DNA from: the human T2T-CHM13v2.0 reference genome, Homo sapiens
Assembly: GCF_009914755.1 (NCBI RefSeq)
Contig: NC_060932.1
Length of the DNA: 64,000 nucleotides
Strand: one strand, 5' to 3'
Position 1 is the first letter of the stretch, and each line of letters opens with the position of its first letter. The position numbers and the translations under genes were made by a program. Below, in pieces: positions 14,521 through 27,806 of this stretch. The notes under the pieces were generated by a model that saw only the letters and a list, made by a program, of their open reading frames with translations, did no database searches and was not told where the DNA came from.

Positions 14521-16999
14521 ATCACTACATGGAATATGCTTAGTTATCAATAAATGGTGCTTTTTTTTAAAAGAAAAAAAGCCACTTCCTTGACTAGTTG
14601 CATTTTTGCACCTAAATTCTAGCAAGTACATATTAAATTTAATTTTTCTTATTATGAGTTTAGATAGCTAAATAATATTTTAAATGAAATAGTATATATT
14701 TTAATGATCCTAATATCTGGATCACCAGTGTCATTAAAACTTCCACTTAGAAAAGAGGATTTTCTTAAGTCTAAAAGACATGTTTTTCCAGTTGAACTTT
14801 TCTTTCTTTGAGTATTTGAGAATATGTGTAGATTTTATATTGTGGGTAGAATACTTCTGTATGAGGATGATTAGAAGTTATTGGAAGATTTAGGATTTGG
14901 GATAAAACTTGAAAGGAAGGAGAAGAGAGAGACAGGTAGCAATTGAGAGATGTTATAATTTGGGGAATAATTTGGTCAAATGACACAAGGACAAAAATAT
15001 TTAGAGGCAGGGAAGTGCCAAGAATGGGTACCCGAGTTAAGAGCACAGCATGAAGCAAGATAGAAGCAAAAGCAAAAGGCACCTTCTGTGAACAATGCAA
15101 TTACATATAATAGAGGTTATGAATGTTTTAGATCTGTGTGTGAAAGCTGGTTATTTAAGCATATTTTCTATCTTTGTGCTCGGTTTATTGTTTATAAAGT
15201 CATTATTTAATGAAACCTTTATTTTTTATTTCATCATTATTCTATTTTTCTATTTAAACAGAAAGCATTTCTAAATCTGCGTTAATTCTTGGGCTTATTC
15301 TCAGGAGACTAGTTAGATGTTACATTACAAATAAAAAGTTGCATATTTTCTTCCATATTTCCCGTGTTTTCCCTGCAAATTATCTGATTAATTTTTTAAA
15401 TCTCTCTTTCACTATCTAGTGAAATAATGTATTTAACATTCAAACGCTACATACATAGGCACACATATACTATTTTTAATGCATTTATTTGTATGTATTT
15501 GATGAATCCAGGGATTTTAATTGTTTTACTTCTGTAAAATATGAATCTTTAAATTACCATTAAAAGTGGACTGCAAGGTTTTTGCCAACTATTTCCTCAT
15601 GGGCTAACAACAATTGAGAAAGCTTTCATCCTCCTTATATTAGGATGAAAAGCCTGTCTCTGACGTTAATTCTGTAGATAGATGGGTGAATACTTTTCCT
15701 TTTACGATGCTTGCCTTTCAACTGCCCCTCCTGGTAAACCTGAAAGGCAACCTCTAAGCCAGGCACATTGTGAAGTACTTCTACAGATCTAGAGAGATAA
15801 GAAATCAGCAAAAGATGAAGCTGCAGCTAGATTTCTCATGCCACACTGAATGTACTTCAGAAATACTTCTTTAATTTTAAAACTTTTTAATAGTATCCAC
15901 TATTCTGGATATTGCGTGATATAAAGAAATTAAAATACAGTGCTCCAATCTAGACAAACAGTTTTACATTAGTGAATTGCTCTTTTTTGGTTTACAACTA
16001 CGGCTCCTGCTGTGACTCACGACACTCTTACGACGCTCAGATGCTAACACTCTGAATACACCAGATTTTCATATAAGTGATAAAGAGATTTACAGAAATA
16101 TAAACCATCAACTGATAAAATATACATAGTAGAGTATCAGTTAAACAGAGCATCATTCTGAAATACAATTCTTAATAAATATTTGAGTCCTCTCTCAAGA
16201 AAACATTTTTCTGTGGATGTTAGGAAGAGTATATTGAAAAGGGTGAATGGTCTAGAAATGGATTGCATTTCCCTCTCTCCTTCTTTAAAAGAAATATTTA
16301 CATATATACATTTTAATCTCAGTGAATGACTGGGGCAGTACTTCTTAACTGCTTACTGAAAAGCTGTTCATGGTAGTGGGTCTGCAGATATTGTAGGGAG
16401 CAATTATGCTATGTCTGGTACATCCAGGGACATGTGTGTACTTTTCTAAGAAATACTAAATATTCCAAAAATCCAAATTTATTTGTTCATTAAACACACA
16501 TGGCAAGAAATACAAAGATCATATCATCATAATCTCTCTTCGCAAGATTTTAGCATTGTGGGAGAAATACAACAAGTATATGAATAGCTATAATTTACAG
16601 AATAGAAAGTGATTAGATTTAGAGAAATGAGAAGTACCAGAAAAAAATGGCTGGCTAGAACAATTAACATCTTTGCAATGGGGATGGTAAGGGTGTTCAT
16701 ACTCAGAAAAAATACATGGAAGAGACTTCAAGCTGTGAAAACAGTATCAAGAAAAGCACAGAAACACATAGAGAAATTATTGACATTTCTTTCAGATGCA
16801 CAAAGGACAGTAAAGCTGCAGAAGAAAATTAAAAATGAATTATTACATTTAGTGATTGAAGATCAGTCAAACTTCAAAGAACAGATGACGAAGTGGGTCT
16901 GCAAATCTAAAAATAAGCTTAAAATGATTACTTTTCCACAATCAAGAAATAAGGAGTTTTCAGATTATGGCATTAATATAGGCCTTAGCAGTAATATAC

Positions 17000-17295
17000 T
17001 TTTTTCTTTTCAAAAATTTCATGGATTTAGTGTAGTTTTGTTACATGGATATATTGTGTAGTGGTGAAGTCATCGGATAGTGAACATTATACCCAACAGG
17101 TAATTTTCCATCCCTGAACCTCCTCCCACCCTCCCACCTGTCGGAGTCTCCAGTGTCTATCATTACACTCCGTATGTACATGTGTTCCCACTGCTTATGC
17201 CCCACTTATAAGTGAGGTCATGTAGTATTTGACTTTCCGTTTCTGAGTTATTTCACTTAGAATAATGGCCTCCAGTTTCATCCATATTTCAGCAG
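17000..17295 (-). mobile_element. L1 3' end (L1MA/L1PB type)
   Basis: TTTTGTTACATGGATATATTGTGTAGTGGTGAAGTC...CCCACTTATAAGTGAG...GAATAATGGCCTCCAGTTTCATCCAT. Confidence 0.85.
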
Positions 17296-17469
17296 TTATA
17301 TTTTTAAATAATCCAATTGAAACATCATAATAATTCTAGATTTAAAGAACAATGGCATTTTTTCTCTCTCTTATTTCTGAAACTTGAATGTTCTCCAGAA
17401 CAAATTCATGAATTGTTTTAATAGTGTTGACAAGAAATGTAAGCTTTATATGTAATCATTGTAATCTTA

Positions 17470-18570
<1,101 letters not shown>

Positions 18571-18574
18571 AATG

Positions 18575-19000
18575 GAATTTTTATAGACCACAGACTCTTT
18601 GGCTTCCAATGTAATGAAAGTTAACACGGGCCAAACAGATTTCCCAGACAAGGCTTTTATTTGGGGCTTGTGCTTGAGTGTAAGGGAGACAGCAGAAGCA
18701 AAAGAATCCTCCAGCTGACTCCCTGAAAAACCTGGTGTGGATTTTTTTAATTAGGCAGAGCAAGAGAATTGACATCATGTGTAAGAAATTATGCGGGCTA
18801 GGTTGGGCAAACCTTGTGAGGGGTACCGGATGCAGGTCAGCATCTGTGGTTGTGATGATTATCTTGAGTAATGGGCCATCTGGAGGTCTGTCCAGAGGCA
18901 ACAAGGATGCAAATCAATTTTTCAGCATTCCTTCCTGAGATGGGACACTCCACAACCTTGATTCCATATTTGGGTCTTCTAAGGCCCGTTTCTGGACTTA
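18575..19000 (-). mobile_element. Probable ERV solo LTR (family not assigned)
   Basis: ~420-bp block with a reverse-strand AATAAA (CTTTTATTT near 18655) and LTR-like composition; recognised by eye only. Confidence 0.45.
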
Positions 19001-19014
19001 AATAACATTCACCC

Positions 19015-19230
19015 TATTTGAGTACTTTCTACTTACTGTTACGTTTTAAGCACTTTCATGCATTAACTCATCTTAATACAAAAGTAACAGATGAGATAGC
19101 TACTATTATTTCCTTTTAAAGAGAAAGGATTCAGGGCTGCACAAAGTCCACTGACTAGTGGCACTTCATGAATCTAATTTAGGCAGCTTAATTTAAATTC
19201 CATGTTTTAAAACATTGCCCTACACTGATT
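19015..19230 (-). mobile_element. MIR fragment
   Basis: TTTTAAGCACTTTCATGCATTAACTCAT...ATGAGATAGCTACTATTATTTCC. Confidence 0.55.
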
Positions 19231-19494
19231 CTACCTCCTAACACAACAGGAATTCTATTCTTACACCTCCCCAGTAGAGGATGTACTTACCAAAAAAGTG
19301 GTGATAGAACAGACATGGAGTCATGAAATTATAACAGTGAACAAAATGTCTATATATACTCACTTTTGCAAATTCAAGGATAGGAAAACACATAAGAATA
19401 GATTTAAAGATAACTATGCACATAAGCAGACAATAATAGCCACATGGAAAAAATATGATATTGACAGAAAAATGTATCCTCTTTGTAGAAATGT

Positions 19495-20060
19495 ATCTTG
19501 TTAGAATGCTTTGTGGTGCACGTAACTGAATACCCTAGTCACTGTGATTTAAACATTCATTATTTATTTTAGCAAGAAAAATGGAAGATAGGTGTTGCAG
19601 TGATTGGTCAATGGCAGGGAGAGTCAGGCCCAGTTGGTCTTTTTGTTTGGCCAGGGTAATGGGTTTCTGCCCTCAGGCTTGTCTGTCTTCTTTGCAAAGT
19701 AAGAGCTGCATCTTTCAGTTTCACAGACTTACACACTGGTACCTAAGGAGACATTTTCTCTTTTTGCATCTCTTTTTATTACAGAAGAAAACCCTTGCCA
19801 ACCCTCCTCCTTACCCCCAAGTCTTCCTTTCAACAGCTAGGGCTGCATGACATGCCCATGCTAAATCAGTCACTGGTGGCAGGGATAGATTGTGATGACT
19901 GGCTTTGACTAATCAACATTCGCCTCTTGAAGATGCCAGTTTGACAGCATGTGAGAGGGTGGATATCCCCGGTAAATTGGAGGCTATGGGCTTGGAAGGA
20001 AGAAAGGGGTGGAAGGCTGGTTGTTGGTTAGGCAACCACCAGTGTTTGCCACAAGAAAGT
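19495..20060. mobile_element. MLT1-type MaLR LTR
   Basis: TTAGAATGCTTT...GTAACTGAATACCC start, ACATGCCCATGCTAAATCAGTCACTGG, and end GGTTAGGCAACCACCAGTGTTTGCCACA. Confidence 0.55.
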
Positions 20061-21789
20061 AGTAATGCTAAAAACAACCAGGGCTTTACAAGTAACAGCC
20101 TTAGCCACAAACCAAAGTGCCACTTTTACGTGAATTCTGTGTGAAGAAGACATTTTCTTATGTCTACACACAGATTTCTCAACTACAAATAAAAAACGTG
20201 AACAGTATCATCTTTGAGTATTCAAGAATATTGTGTTTGATTTTACTGTTCAAAATGGCATTTCCAACATATATACTCAATCAGGAATGACAAGATGTAT
20301 TATTGAAATGCTAACATGATGAATGCTTAAATCACCTGCAGTACCCAAATTGGAAGCCAAAAGAAATGCTGAGTCAAAGGATTTTTTTCCTTGTTTAGAG
20401 AAAGATTTGGAATTAAAGACCTAAAACAATTTTTATTTTCTTTAATGTGAGCCTTTAGGTGTTGGATTCATACATTGTGTAAGAATGTTTATAACTGAAA
20501 TATTCAAGAGTTACAAATTCATTTAACTTCACTTCCCTATCATTTTAATTCCCTTCTTCCTAATTTGAATTCTCTTTGCAAATGTTTCAAGTAATATTAT
20601 TACTTTCATGGCTCTTTATTCAATATTCAGTATACTTTTCAATGCCACATGGACATTGCAGTATAAAAACATAGTCTTCATCTGCTGTAACAAATGATAG
20701 TTCTTTTACCATAAACTTTGGAGGTTTTCTATCAGTTTCTAAGAGGGAAAGCCAGTTTTCTCAACCCTGTGCATGGAAATTATGAATAGTTATTTGAAAA
20801 ATACAAAGTTAAGAACTTTTTTGTACTTAAAACTGCTAAAAAATTGCAAAATTACACTTCTATAAAAGTCTTATGTGCATCAAAACTTTTCACCTTCTGC
20901 ACCTTTCTAATAAGTGATGCTTCCCTTTTCTTTGTGACAGGAAGCAAGGTCTCACCTCCAGCTGAGGCTTAGAGTTGAGTTTTTAGGTTTGATAGATATG
21001 GTGTAGTTGAATGGTGGAAAGAGACAGGCAACAGCTTGGGATGATTTGAGTTACTACCATAATATTGTACTTTATTTGATCATATGCTAGATACTCTAGC
21101 ATTTAGAAAGAAGGAAAATTGAGACTATGATTCACCACATTAGGGAAGCAAACATAGATGGATTAAATAATTAAAAATAAAAATAAAAAACAGCCCCACA
21201 CTTGGTAGGGTAAGCTGTTGTGAATTTAAAATTAGTAATTTTCTTACCCCAGATTACAACATGAACAAAGGAACGGCCTCTCCTTTCACTACCTATTCTA
21301 GCGCTGGGGTTTCAATTCCTGTCAACAATCCCTGATAAATTAATGGTACCCTTTATATCAACTCCTTAAATGTATACATCATCAGAAAAAAAAGTGCTAT
21401 GGCCACCTTGAGAAGACAATGCCTCATATTTTATGAATAAAGAGGGGGTCTCAACTGTCAGGCCATTCTGAGTCACATATTGACCCCAAATTCTATTGAA
21501 CATCTTCCCCATCTGGTCCTCATCAAGGATGCGGACCCCTGGGAAAAATAAAAGGAAAAGTATTTTTCCATTTCGTCCCCTATTTCCCCTTTTGTGCCTC
21601 CAAGATTGAAGGTGTTATCCCCATCCCCCACCCACTCCATGCTCTATGGGGCAGCCCCTCGTCTGTAAGGACCCTTAAAGGCATTTCAGCATCTCAGCAG
21701 AAAGGAACTGACTGGGAGGAGGATCTTTGAATGCAGGGGAGCTGGGAGGACTGAGGGGGGTTGGGGCCCTCCTTGCACACATCTCCCAC

Positions 21790-22660
21790 CAGGGGCCAGA
21801 CCTTCCGGGCTTGGGTCTCGGGAGCCCAAAGCACGCCCACAAAGGCCGAGCGCCCTGGCTTCGCTGCGTTCCGGAGAAGCAGGGCGGGCTGCTTCTCCCG
21901 GATCTGGCGGGCCTCTGGCCACGGCTGGTTGGAGGTGGGGGTGGGCGAGGAGGGGCGCTCAAGTCACGTGCCCGCGCTGGGGCCGCAATAAATGCTCGCG
22001 AACGCGAGAGAGCGACGGAAGCGCTAGGCGCCTGGTTCTGCGCGTACTGGCTGTACGGAGCAGGAGCAAGAGGTCGCCGCCAGCCTCCGCCGCCGAGCCT
22101 CGTTCGTGTCCCCGCCCCTCGCTCCTGCAGCTACTGCTCAGAAACGCTGGGGCGCCCACCCTGGCAGACTAACGAAGCAGCTCCCTTCCCACCCCAACTG
22201 CAGGTCTAATTTTGGACGCTTTGCCTGCCATTTCTTCCAGGTTGAGGGAGCCGCAGAGGCGGAGGCTCGCGTATTCCTGCAGTCAGCACCCACGTCGCCC
22301 CCGGACGCTCGGTGCTCAGGCCCTTCGCGAGCGGGGCTCTCCGTCTGCGGTCCCTTGTGAAGGCTCTGGGCGGCTGCAGAGGCCGGCCGTCCGGTTTGGC
22401 TCACCTCTCCCAGGAAACTTCACACTGGAGAGGTAAGGGCGATTCTAAAATGCATCGCTGAGTCGTCAAGCTGCCACCCTTTCCTATCTCCCTTTGCCTT
22501 CTTAAACTGTACTTAAAAAAAAAAAAAAGCCAACTGTACAGAGTGGTTGGGCGCGATGGGTGGGTGGGCTACCCGGAAAGCAGCGACGATAGAAATTAGC
22601 GGGAGCTCTAGTTCTTGTAAGTGACTTTGTTGGTTTCACCTACTTTCTCTGTCGCGCGCT
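21790..22660. promoter_or_regulatory. CpG island / CRISPLD1 promoter
   Basis: Abrupt rise in GC and CpG density in an otherwise AT-rich window. GC boxes (GGGGGTGGGCG near 21937, CCCGCCCC near 22110), E-box CACGTG at 21965-21970, TATA-like AATAAAT at 21987-21993. Confidence 0.9.
22015..22432 (+). other. CRISPLD1: CRISPLD1 non-coding exon 1 (5' end inferred)
   Basis: Lies in the CpG island and ends at the strong donor GAG|GTAAGG (22432/22433). Contains no ATG. Start placed ~28 nt after the TATA-like element. Confidence 0.75.
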
Positions 22661-23499
22661 TTCCATTTGAGTTCAGAGAAAGAACAGTGTGTGCCTTCAC
22701 ACTTGAGAGGAAAAGCTCTCAAGTTGCCGGGGAGCTGCTGGCTTCTTCGGGTGCAGGCCACAGATTAGTCACAGACTTTCCAGGAAATAAAGATTGAGTT
22801 CTTGACCTGAGCCTGAATAGGAAGAGACTTACCCCAGGAACCCAAACCATTCATTTGCAGTAGTTCACGGGGCCCCCTAGATGTAGCCATGGATGCATAT
22901 ATGAATAGCCTTTTGTATTTCTTTGAAACATTCACTCTCAATTTTAGAATGCTGTGGACATTCTGAGTGTGAAACAGAGATGGGCCACTGGAATAAAATA
23001 ATACCAAATAAAATATTCACACCTTAAAACTCTTCATAGAGAAACATGAACCTCTAGATTGAAATCAAACGTTCTAGGTAGATATAACATCCTTTGCAGG
23101 GTATATGTAATGTATAGCCACTTAAAGTCTTGCAATTCACATAGTATTTTCAAGCTTTGACTCTTCTAGGCTACTTTTGCCATTTACTTTTGGCCTCAGG
23201 GGTATTATCTTGGATAATACAGTTGTCTAGTTTGTGGAAATTGCATTGTGAAAAGTCCTCTGGAAGAAAAAAAATGGGTTGGAGATAAGTTATTTCAAAA
23301 TGTGAGTGTCCATTTTCTGCTGTTAAATAGACAAATCAAACTGGCACACTTCCTTTGTAACTGTTGTTTTGCTCGTGTTATTAGAAAATTCATATCTGCT
23401 GGAATTTTCATCTTAATCACATGACATGTCGTTATAGCCAAAAGGAGTGGAAGAGCCTGTCTTGGAGATTTTCCTGGGGAAATCCTGAGGTCATTCATT

Positions 23500-23757
23500 A
23501 TGAAGTGTACCGCGCGGGAGTGGCTCAGAGTAACCACAGTGCTGTTCATGGCTAGAGCAATTCCAGCCATGGTGGTTCCCAATGCCACTTTATTGGAGAA
23601 ACTTTTGGAAAAATACATGGATGAGGATGGTGAGTGGTGGATAGCCAAACAACGAGGGAAAAGGGCCATCACAGACAATGACATGCAGAGTATTTTGGAC
23701 CTTCATAATAAATTACGAAGTCAGGTGTATCCAACAGCCTCTAATATGGAGTATATG
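23500..23757 (+). CDS. CRISPLD1: CRISPLD1 exon 2, coding part (aa 1-86; exon starts at 23438): signal peptide, propeptide, start of CAP domain
   Basis: MKCTAREWLRVTTVLFMARAIPAMVVPNATLL...LHNKLRSQVYPTASNMEYM. Acceptor TATAG| at 23437, donor ATG|GTAAGG, phase 0. Confidence 0.96.
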
Positions 23758-24799
23758 GTAAGGACATTTTTCAAGTGGTATGTACAAAAGAAATGTTTAT
23801 TCATGCTTTCAGTCAGCAGTCTTCATGCTGTTCTTTAATCATTTATTTTATATGAAGTTGAAAAAAGATTTTCTTTGAGGGTATTTTCCTCTGCATATTC
23901 GTTTATTAATGTTCCTTTTGTTTCTAAGAGCTCTTGACATTCAGAGTAGGACGAAATGCCTTTAGATGCAATGTTCCTACTAAGTGCTGTAAATTCTACT
24001 CTCACCAGGAAGGTTAATATAGTGAAAATGCAAAACAGCTGGTATATTTGCTGTTAATTGACTTAGCTGAAAATTTACTTCCTAATTCCTGATAGAACCT
24101 TTTTATGAATGGTGGATCTGAAAAATTCAGACTAATAATCGGAAGAAACTTTCTGGATTGCTGAAATATATTGTTCCTAATGGGTCTTTGTTTCTTATAA
24201 ACATGTAAATGACATTGTAAAGGATACATTTTTATGGTTGCTTTATGTTGAAGAGTGCTTTGGCAATGGCTTTTTTCTCCCCTTGGATTTATTATTTGTG
24301 AACTTGAAGCATGAAAATAAGCCTTGGCAAAGGATTAATTTAAAATATTCAGCTTATCCTTAACAACCTTATATTTACTCTGAGTAAATTTGCAACTTTA
24401 AGGGACATAATTACTTTAAGACTACTAGCATATAACTCATGAGTATACTGCCATTTCATACCCTAAACATTTAGAAAACTTTTCAAAAATCTATTATATT
24501 CCTTCCATGAATGAGGAATGCACTAGCAAAGCCTGATAATAAATAGTTATTGGTGATGGCAAAACTTATTTAACAAACATTGGAAATGGCATTTTCATTG
24601 CAGTTAATTTTCATACATTCTAGTTTTTTTCTGTATTTACCTTAGTTTTGGTGGATATTCTTTATTTAGATAATTTTCATGAAGCATGGAAGTTCTAAGT
24701 TCCTATTGCCCGTTATAAAGTATGGCATTACACTATTTTAACTTTTACCAGAAAAAATTATTTTACCCTAAAGAAAGTAGGTGGCACTCAAGAGACTAA

Positions 24800-25030
24800 T
24801 CAGGGATTAAGAATTGAGACTCAGGAGTGAGGCTGTCTGGGTTAAACTTCTGGCACTGACACGCACTAGCTATGTGACATTGGGCGCTTGCTAATTTCTC
24901 TCTACTTTGGTTTCCTGGTGTCTAGTATTATATACTCACCTCAAAGGATTATTGTGAAGATAGAAGGAGATAACCTGGACAAAGTTTAGCTCATTAGCAA
25001 ACATACTTCAAGATCTCAGTAAATGTTACC
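24800..25030 (+). mobile_element. MIR
   Basis: CTGTCTGGGTTAAACTTCTGGC...CTAGCTATGTGACATTGGGC...ACCTCAAAGGATTATTGTGAAGATAG. Confidence 0.7.
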
Positions 25031-26065
25031 AAGACATATATAACTAATTTTATGTTTCCTTATATGGTTTAAATATAATATCTAAGGAAATTGTTAGCTC
25101 TTCTCAAAATACTGTGCAGGATATGACATCTGTAATGTCTCATATTTCTGCTTCTTGTATAGTGTTTGTCTAAAGTGAAAAATTCTATGACTTCTTCATC
25201 TGTGAGACTTCAAACAGAGTAGCCAGTTCTGGAGCCCCTCCAACTAGGCTACTGTATGCTTATTCCATGTGAATAGGTATTCAGTTGCTTTTTACTTAAA
25301 ATAAGGAAGACTTGGGAGTTCAAACCCACAAAATGAAATCTGAGAATATTTGTGTATGTTTTAAGTAATATGGAAATCATGAAAGAACAGTTCTGTGATT
25401 CGTTTTCATGTCTGGCTTCCAAAAAAAATAATAATAATAACTGCCTATTGTATGATGTCTGGTCTGGGATGTTTATATGAGTTTCTTTTTAGTTTCACTG
25501 GTTTCAGTCTATCCTTGAAATGTAGATTCAGAAACCAGCCAGGGTTTATGTTGTGTTGCCCTTAGATACTATTAGCACTGGAACTGTGTCTTGGCCATTA
25601 ACTGGGCTGCAGAGAAGTGCATTGCCCAACTGTAATACACATTTTCTAGAGTACACATTTAAGGCGAAGTCTAAAATACTATTTTATTTGAAATACTGTC
25701 GAGTTAGGCATTTTAAAACAATGTAAATGAGATGTAGATCATTCTTATAAAAATCCAATTTATTCAAATCGTTATTTAAAATGTATTTATTCTGAGAAAA
25801 CAAACCTTTAAACTGGCTAAAGAGCTATTTCCTGTAAAATCTCTAGTGTCCTATGATAAGTACTGCTGATTTTGGCCCCTTATACCCTATGTGTCTGTCA
25901 TTTCATGTTAAATGTTTGACTAACCAGTTACCTATTGGTTCATATTTTAGTTAACTCTTTGTCTTTAAACCTATGGGAGCCAGGCTATATCCAGACATTA
26001 TTAATATTACATTTCTACCCCTATTCTTTTACTCATTTAACTTTTAGGGTTAAAAATTGAGTCTG

Positions 26066-26360
26066 GGCTGGGCACAGTGGTTCACATCTGTAATTCCAAC
26101 ACTTGGAGGCAGAGGTGGGAGGATCACTTGAGGTCAGGAGTTCCAGACCAGCCTGGCCAACATGGTGAAACCCCGTCTCTACTAAAAATACAAAAAATTA
26201 GCCAAGCATGGTGGCATGTGCTGGTAATTCCAGGTGCTGGGGAGGTTGAGGCACCAGAATCGCTTGAACCCAGGAGGGGAAGGTTGTAGTAAGCTGAGAT
26301 CACACCACTGCACTCCACCCTGGGTGACAGCGAGACACTGCCTTAAAACAAACAAAAAAA
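26066..26360 (+). mobile_element. AluS SINE
   Basis: Dimeric Alu with TSD AAAA(A/C)TTGAGTCTG on both sides. Confidence 0.9.
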
Positions 26361-27032
26361 ACTTGAGTCTGGAAAGCCTTATTTTCTTTTAAAGAGCTCA
26401 TTGGCGTTGAGAATAAAGAAATAGACTCATTTGAAAATTTGCTCATAAGCAAGGACACAAGAATTCTTTGTTCATGTCTGTAAGTAATGCCAGAGGAGCA
26501 CAGAACAAATGGAACATTTCTAACTTTGAGAGCTAATCAGTGGGTGAGATGAGGTACATACTGTTTCTGAAGGTGGTCAGAAACATGAATCGTAGGCAAG
26601 AGTTGGGGGTATACATCAATTAGAGGAAGAGGAAGAGAAAAATGCAGGGTGGCAGGAATTGGCAGGCTGGTTGTGGGGAACTGGAAGCAGATTAAGTTCA
26701 TGGAAGCAGATTAGTTGATGAAAGCACAGACCTTGTGGCAGAGTCAGGAAGGGGAGAAATAAGTTATTGGTGATAGAAACCAGTAATCCTAAGGAAGGAG
26801 ATTACCTACATTTAATTTGGGGTAAATGGAGAAACTGGAACTTTTAGGTCATTCAGTGATACTGTTGTTGAAGTGGTAGTAGATTTTGGAGGAAAAAATA
26901 CGGCTTTGGATCTAGATTTCAGCAGGTTCACATTTTGCTTCTCCTGCTTATTGGCACATGAACCCTGATAGTCAGCAACCATTCTAGGCGTTGTTCTTCT
27001 CATTGGCAAAATGAAAGAATATAAACCTTATA

Positions 27033-27806
27033 TGTTTATTGGCCATTTTTATGTTTTTTTTTTTTATTTGAAAAATGTCTGTACATGTCCTTTGCACACT
27101 TGTTAGTGGGGTTGTTTTTTTTCTCATTGAGTTGAGTTCCTTGTAGATTCCAGATACTAGTCCTTTGTCAGATGCGTAGTTTACAAATATTCTCTTCCAT
27201 TCTATAGGTTGTCTGTTTACTCTGTGGTTATTTCTTGCTGTGCAGAAACTTTTTAGTTTAAGCACCATTGGTCTATTTTTGTGTTAGTTGCATTTGCGTT
27301 TGAGGTCTTTGTCATAAATTCTTTGCCTGGGCCAGTGTCTAGAAGAGTTTTCCCTGGGTTTTCTTGTACAGTTTTTATAGTTTCAGGTCTTACATGTAAG
27401 TCTTTAATTCATAAATCATGCAGTGTCGCTCAGCCATAAAAAAGAATGAAATCATGTCTTTTGCAGCAATGTGAATGGGACTGGAGATCCTTAAGTGAAA
27501 TCACTCAGAAACAGAAAGTCAAATCTCCTATGTTCTCACTTACATGTGGGAGCTTAAATACTATGTGCACATGGACATAGGAAGTGGACTGATAAACACC
27601 GGAGACTTGGAAAGGTGGGAAGGGTGGCAAGAGATGAGAAATTATGTAACGTGTATATTACATTATGTAATACATGTAATTATGTAATGTGTATATTGTA
27701 CACTATTTGGGTGGTAGTTACACTAAAATTACAGACTTCATCACTACACAATACATCAATGTAACAAAACCGCACTTATACTCCTTAAGTCTATTTAAAA
27801 AAAAAA
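27033..27806 (+). mobile_element. 5'-inverted L1 (L1MA/L1PB type): reversed ORF2 segment ~27033-27412, then sense 3' end ~27428-27806
   Basis: The minus-strand piece translates L1 ORF2-like (LKLKSFCTA...VNRQPIEWKRIFVNYASDKGLVSGIYKEL). The plus-strand piece is an L1 3' UTR with poly(A). One degenerate TSD at 27014-27032 and 27807-27825. Confidence 0.85.

Noticed and set aside
16609-17061. 150-aa ORF
   Set aside because: Non-ATG start, purine-rich degenerate repeat-like DNA running into an L1 3' end, no recognisable domain.
21675-22436. Overlapping 66-160 aa ORFs on both strands at the promoter
   Set aside because: Expected from stop-codon scarcity in a GC-rich island. The products are low-complexity Pro/Arg/Gly/Ala sequences.
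22820-22840. Minus-strand donor GG|GTAAGT suggesting an antisense transcript
   Set aside because: A single motif with no matching acceptor or promoter evidence; such 8-mers occur by chance in 64 kb.
22015-23499. Upstream ORFs in the 5' UTR
   Set aside because: I found no ATG in inferred exon 1 or in 23438-23499, so no AUG-initiated uORF is supported.
23295-23684. 129-aa antisense ORF over exon 2
   Set aside because: Shadow frame of the real coding exon, with no independent support.
23758-23838. C-terminal extension of the 112-aa ORF (VRTFFKW...)
   Set aside because: Read-through past the strong exon-2 donor into intron 2. The CAP domain continues in exon 3.
26984-27268. 94-aa minus-strand ORF
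   Set aside because: Decayed L1 ORF2 fragment from the inverted part of the L1.
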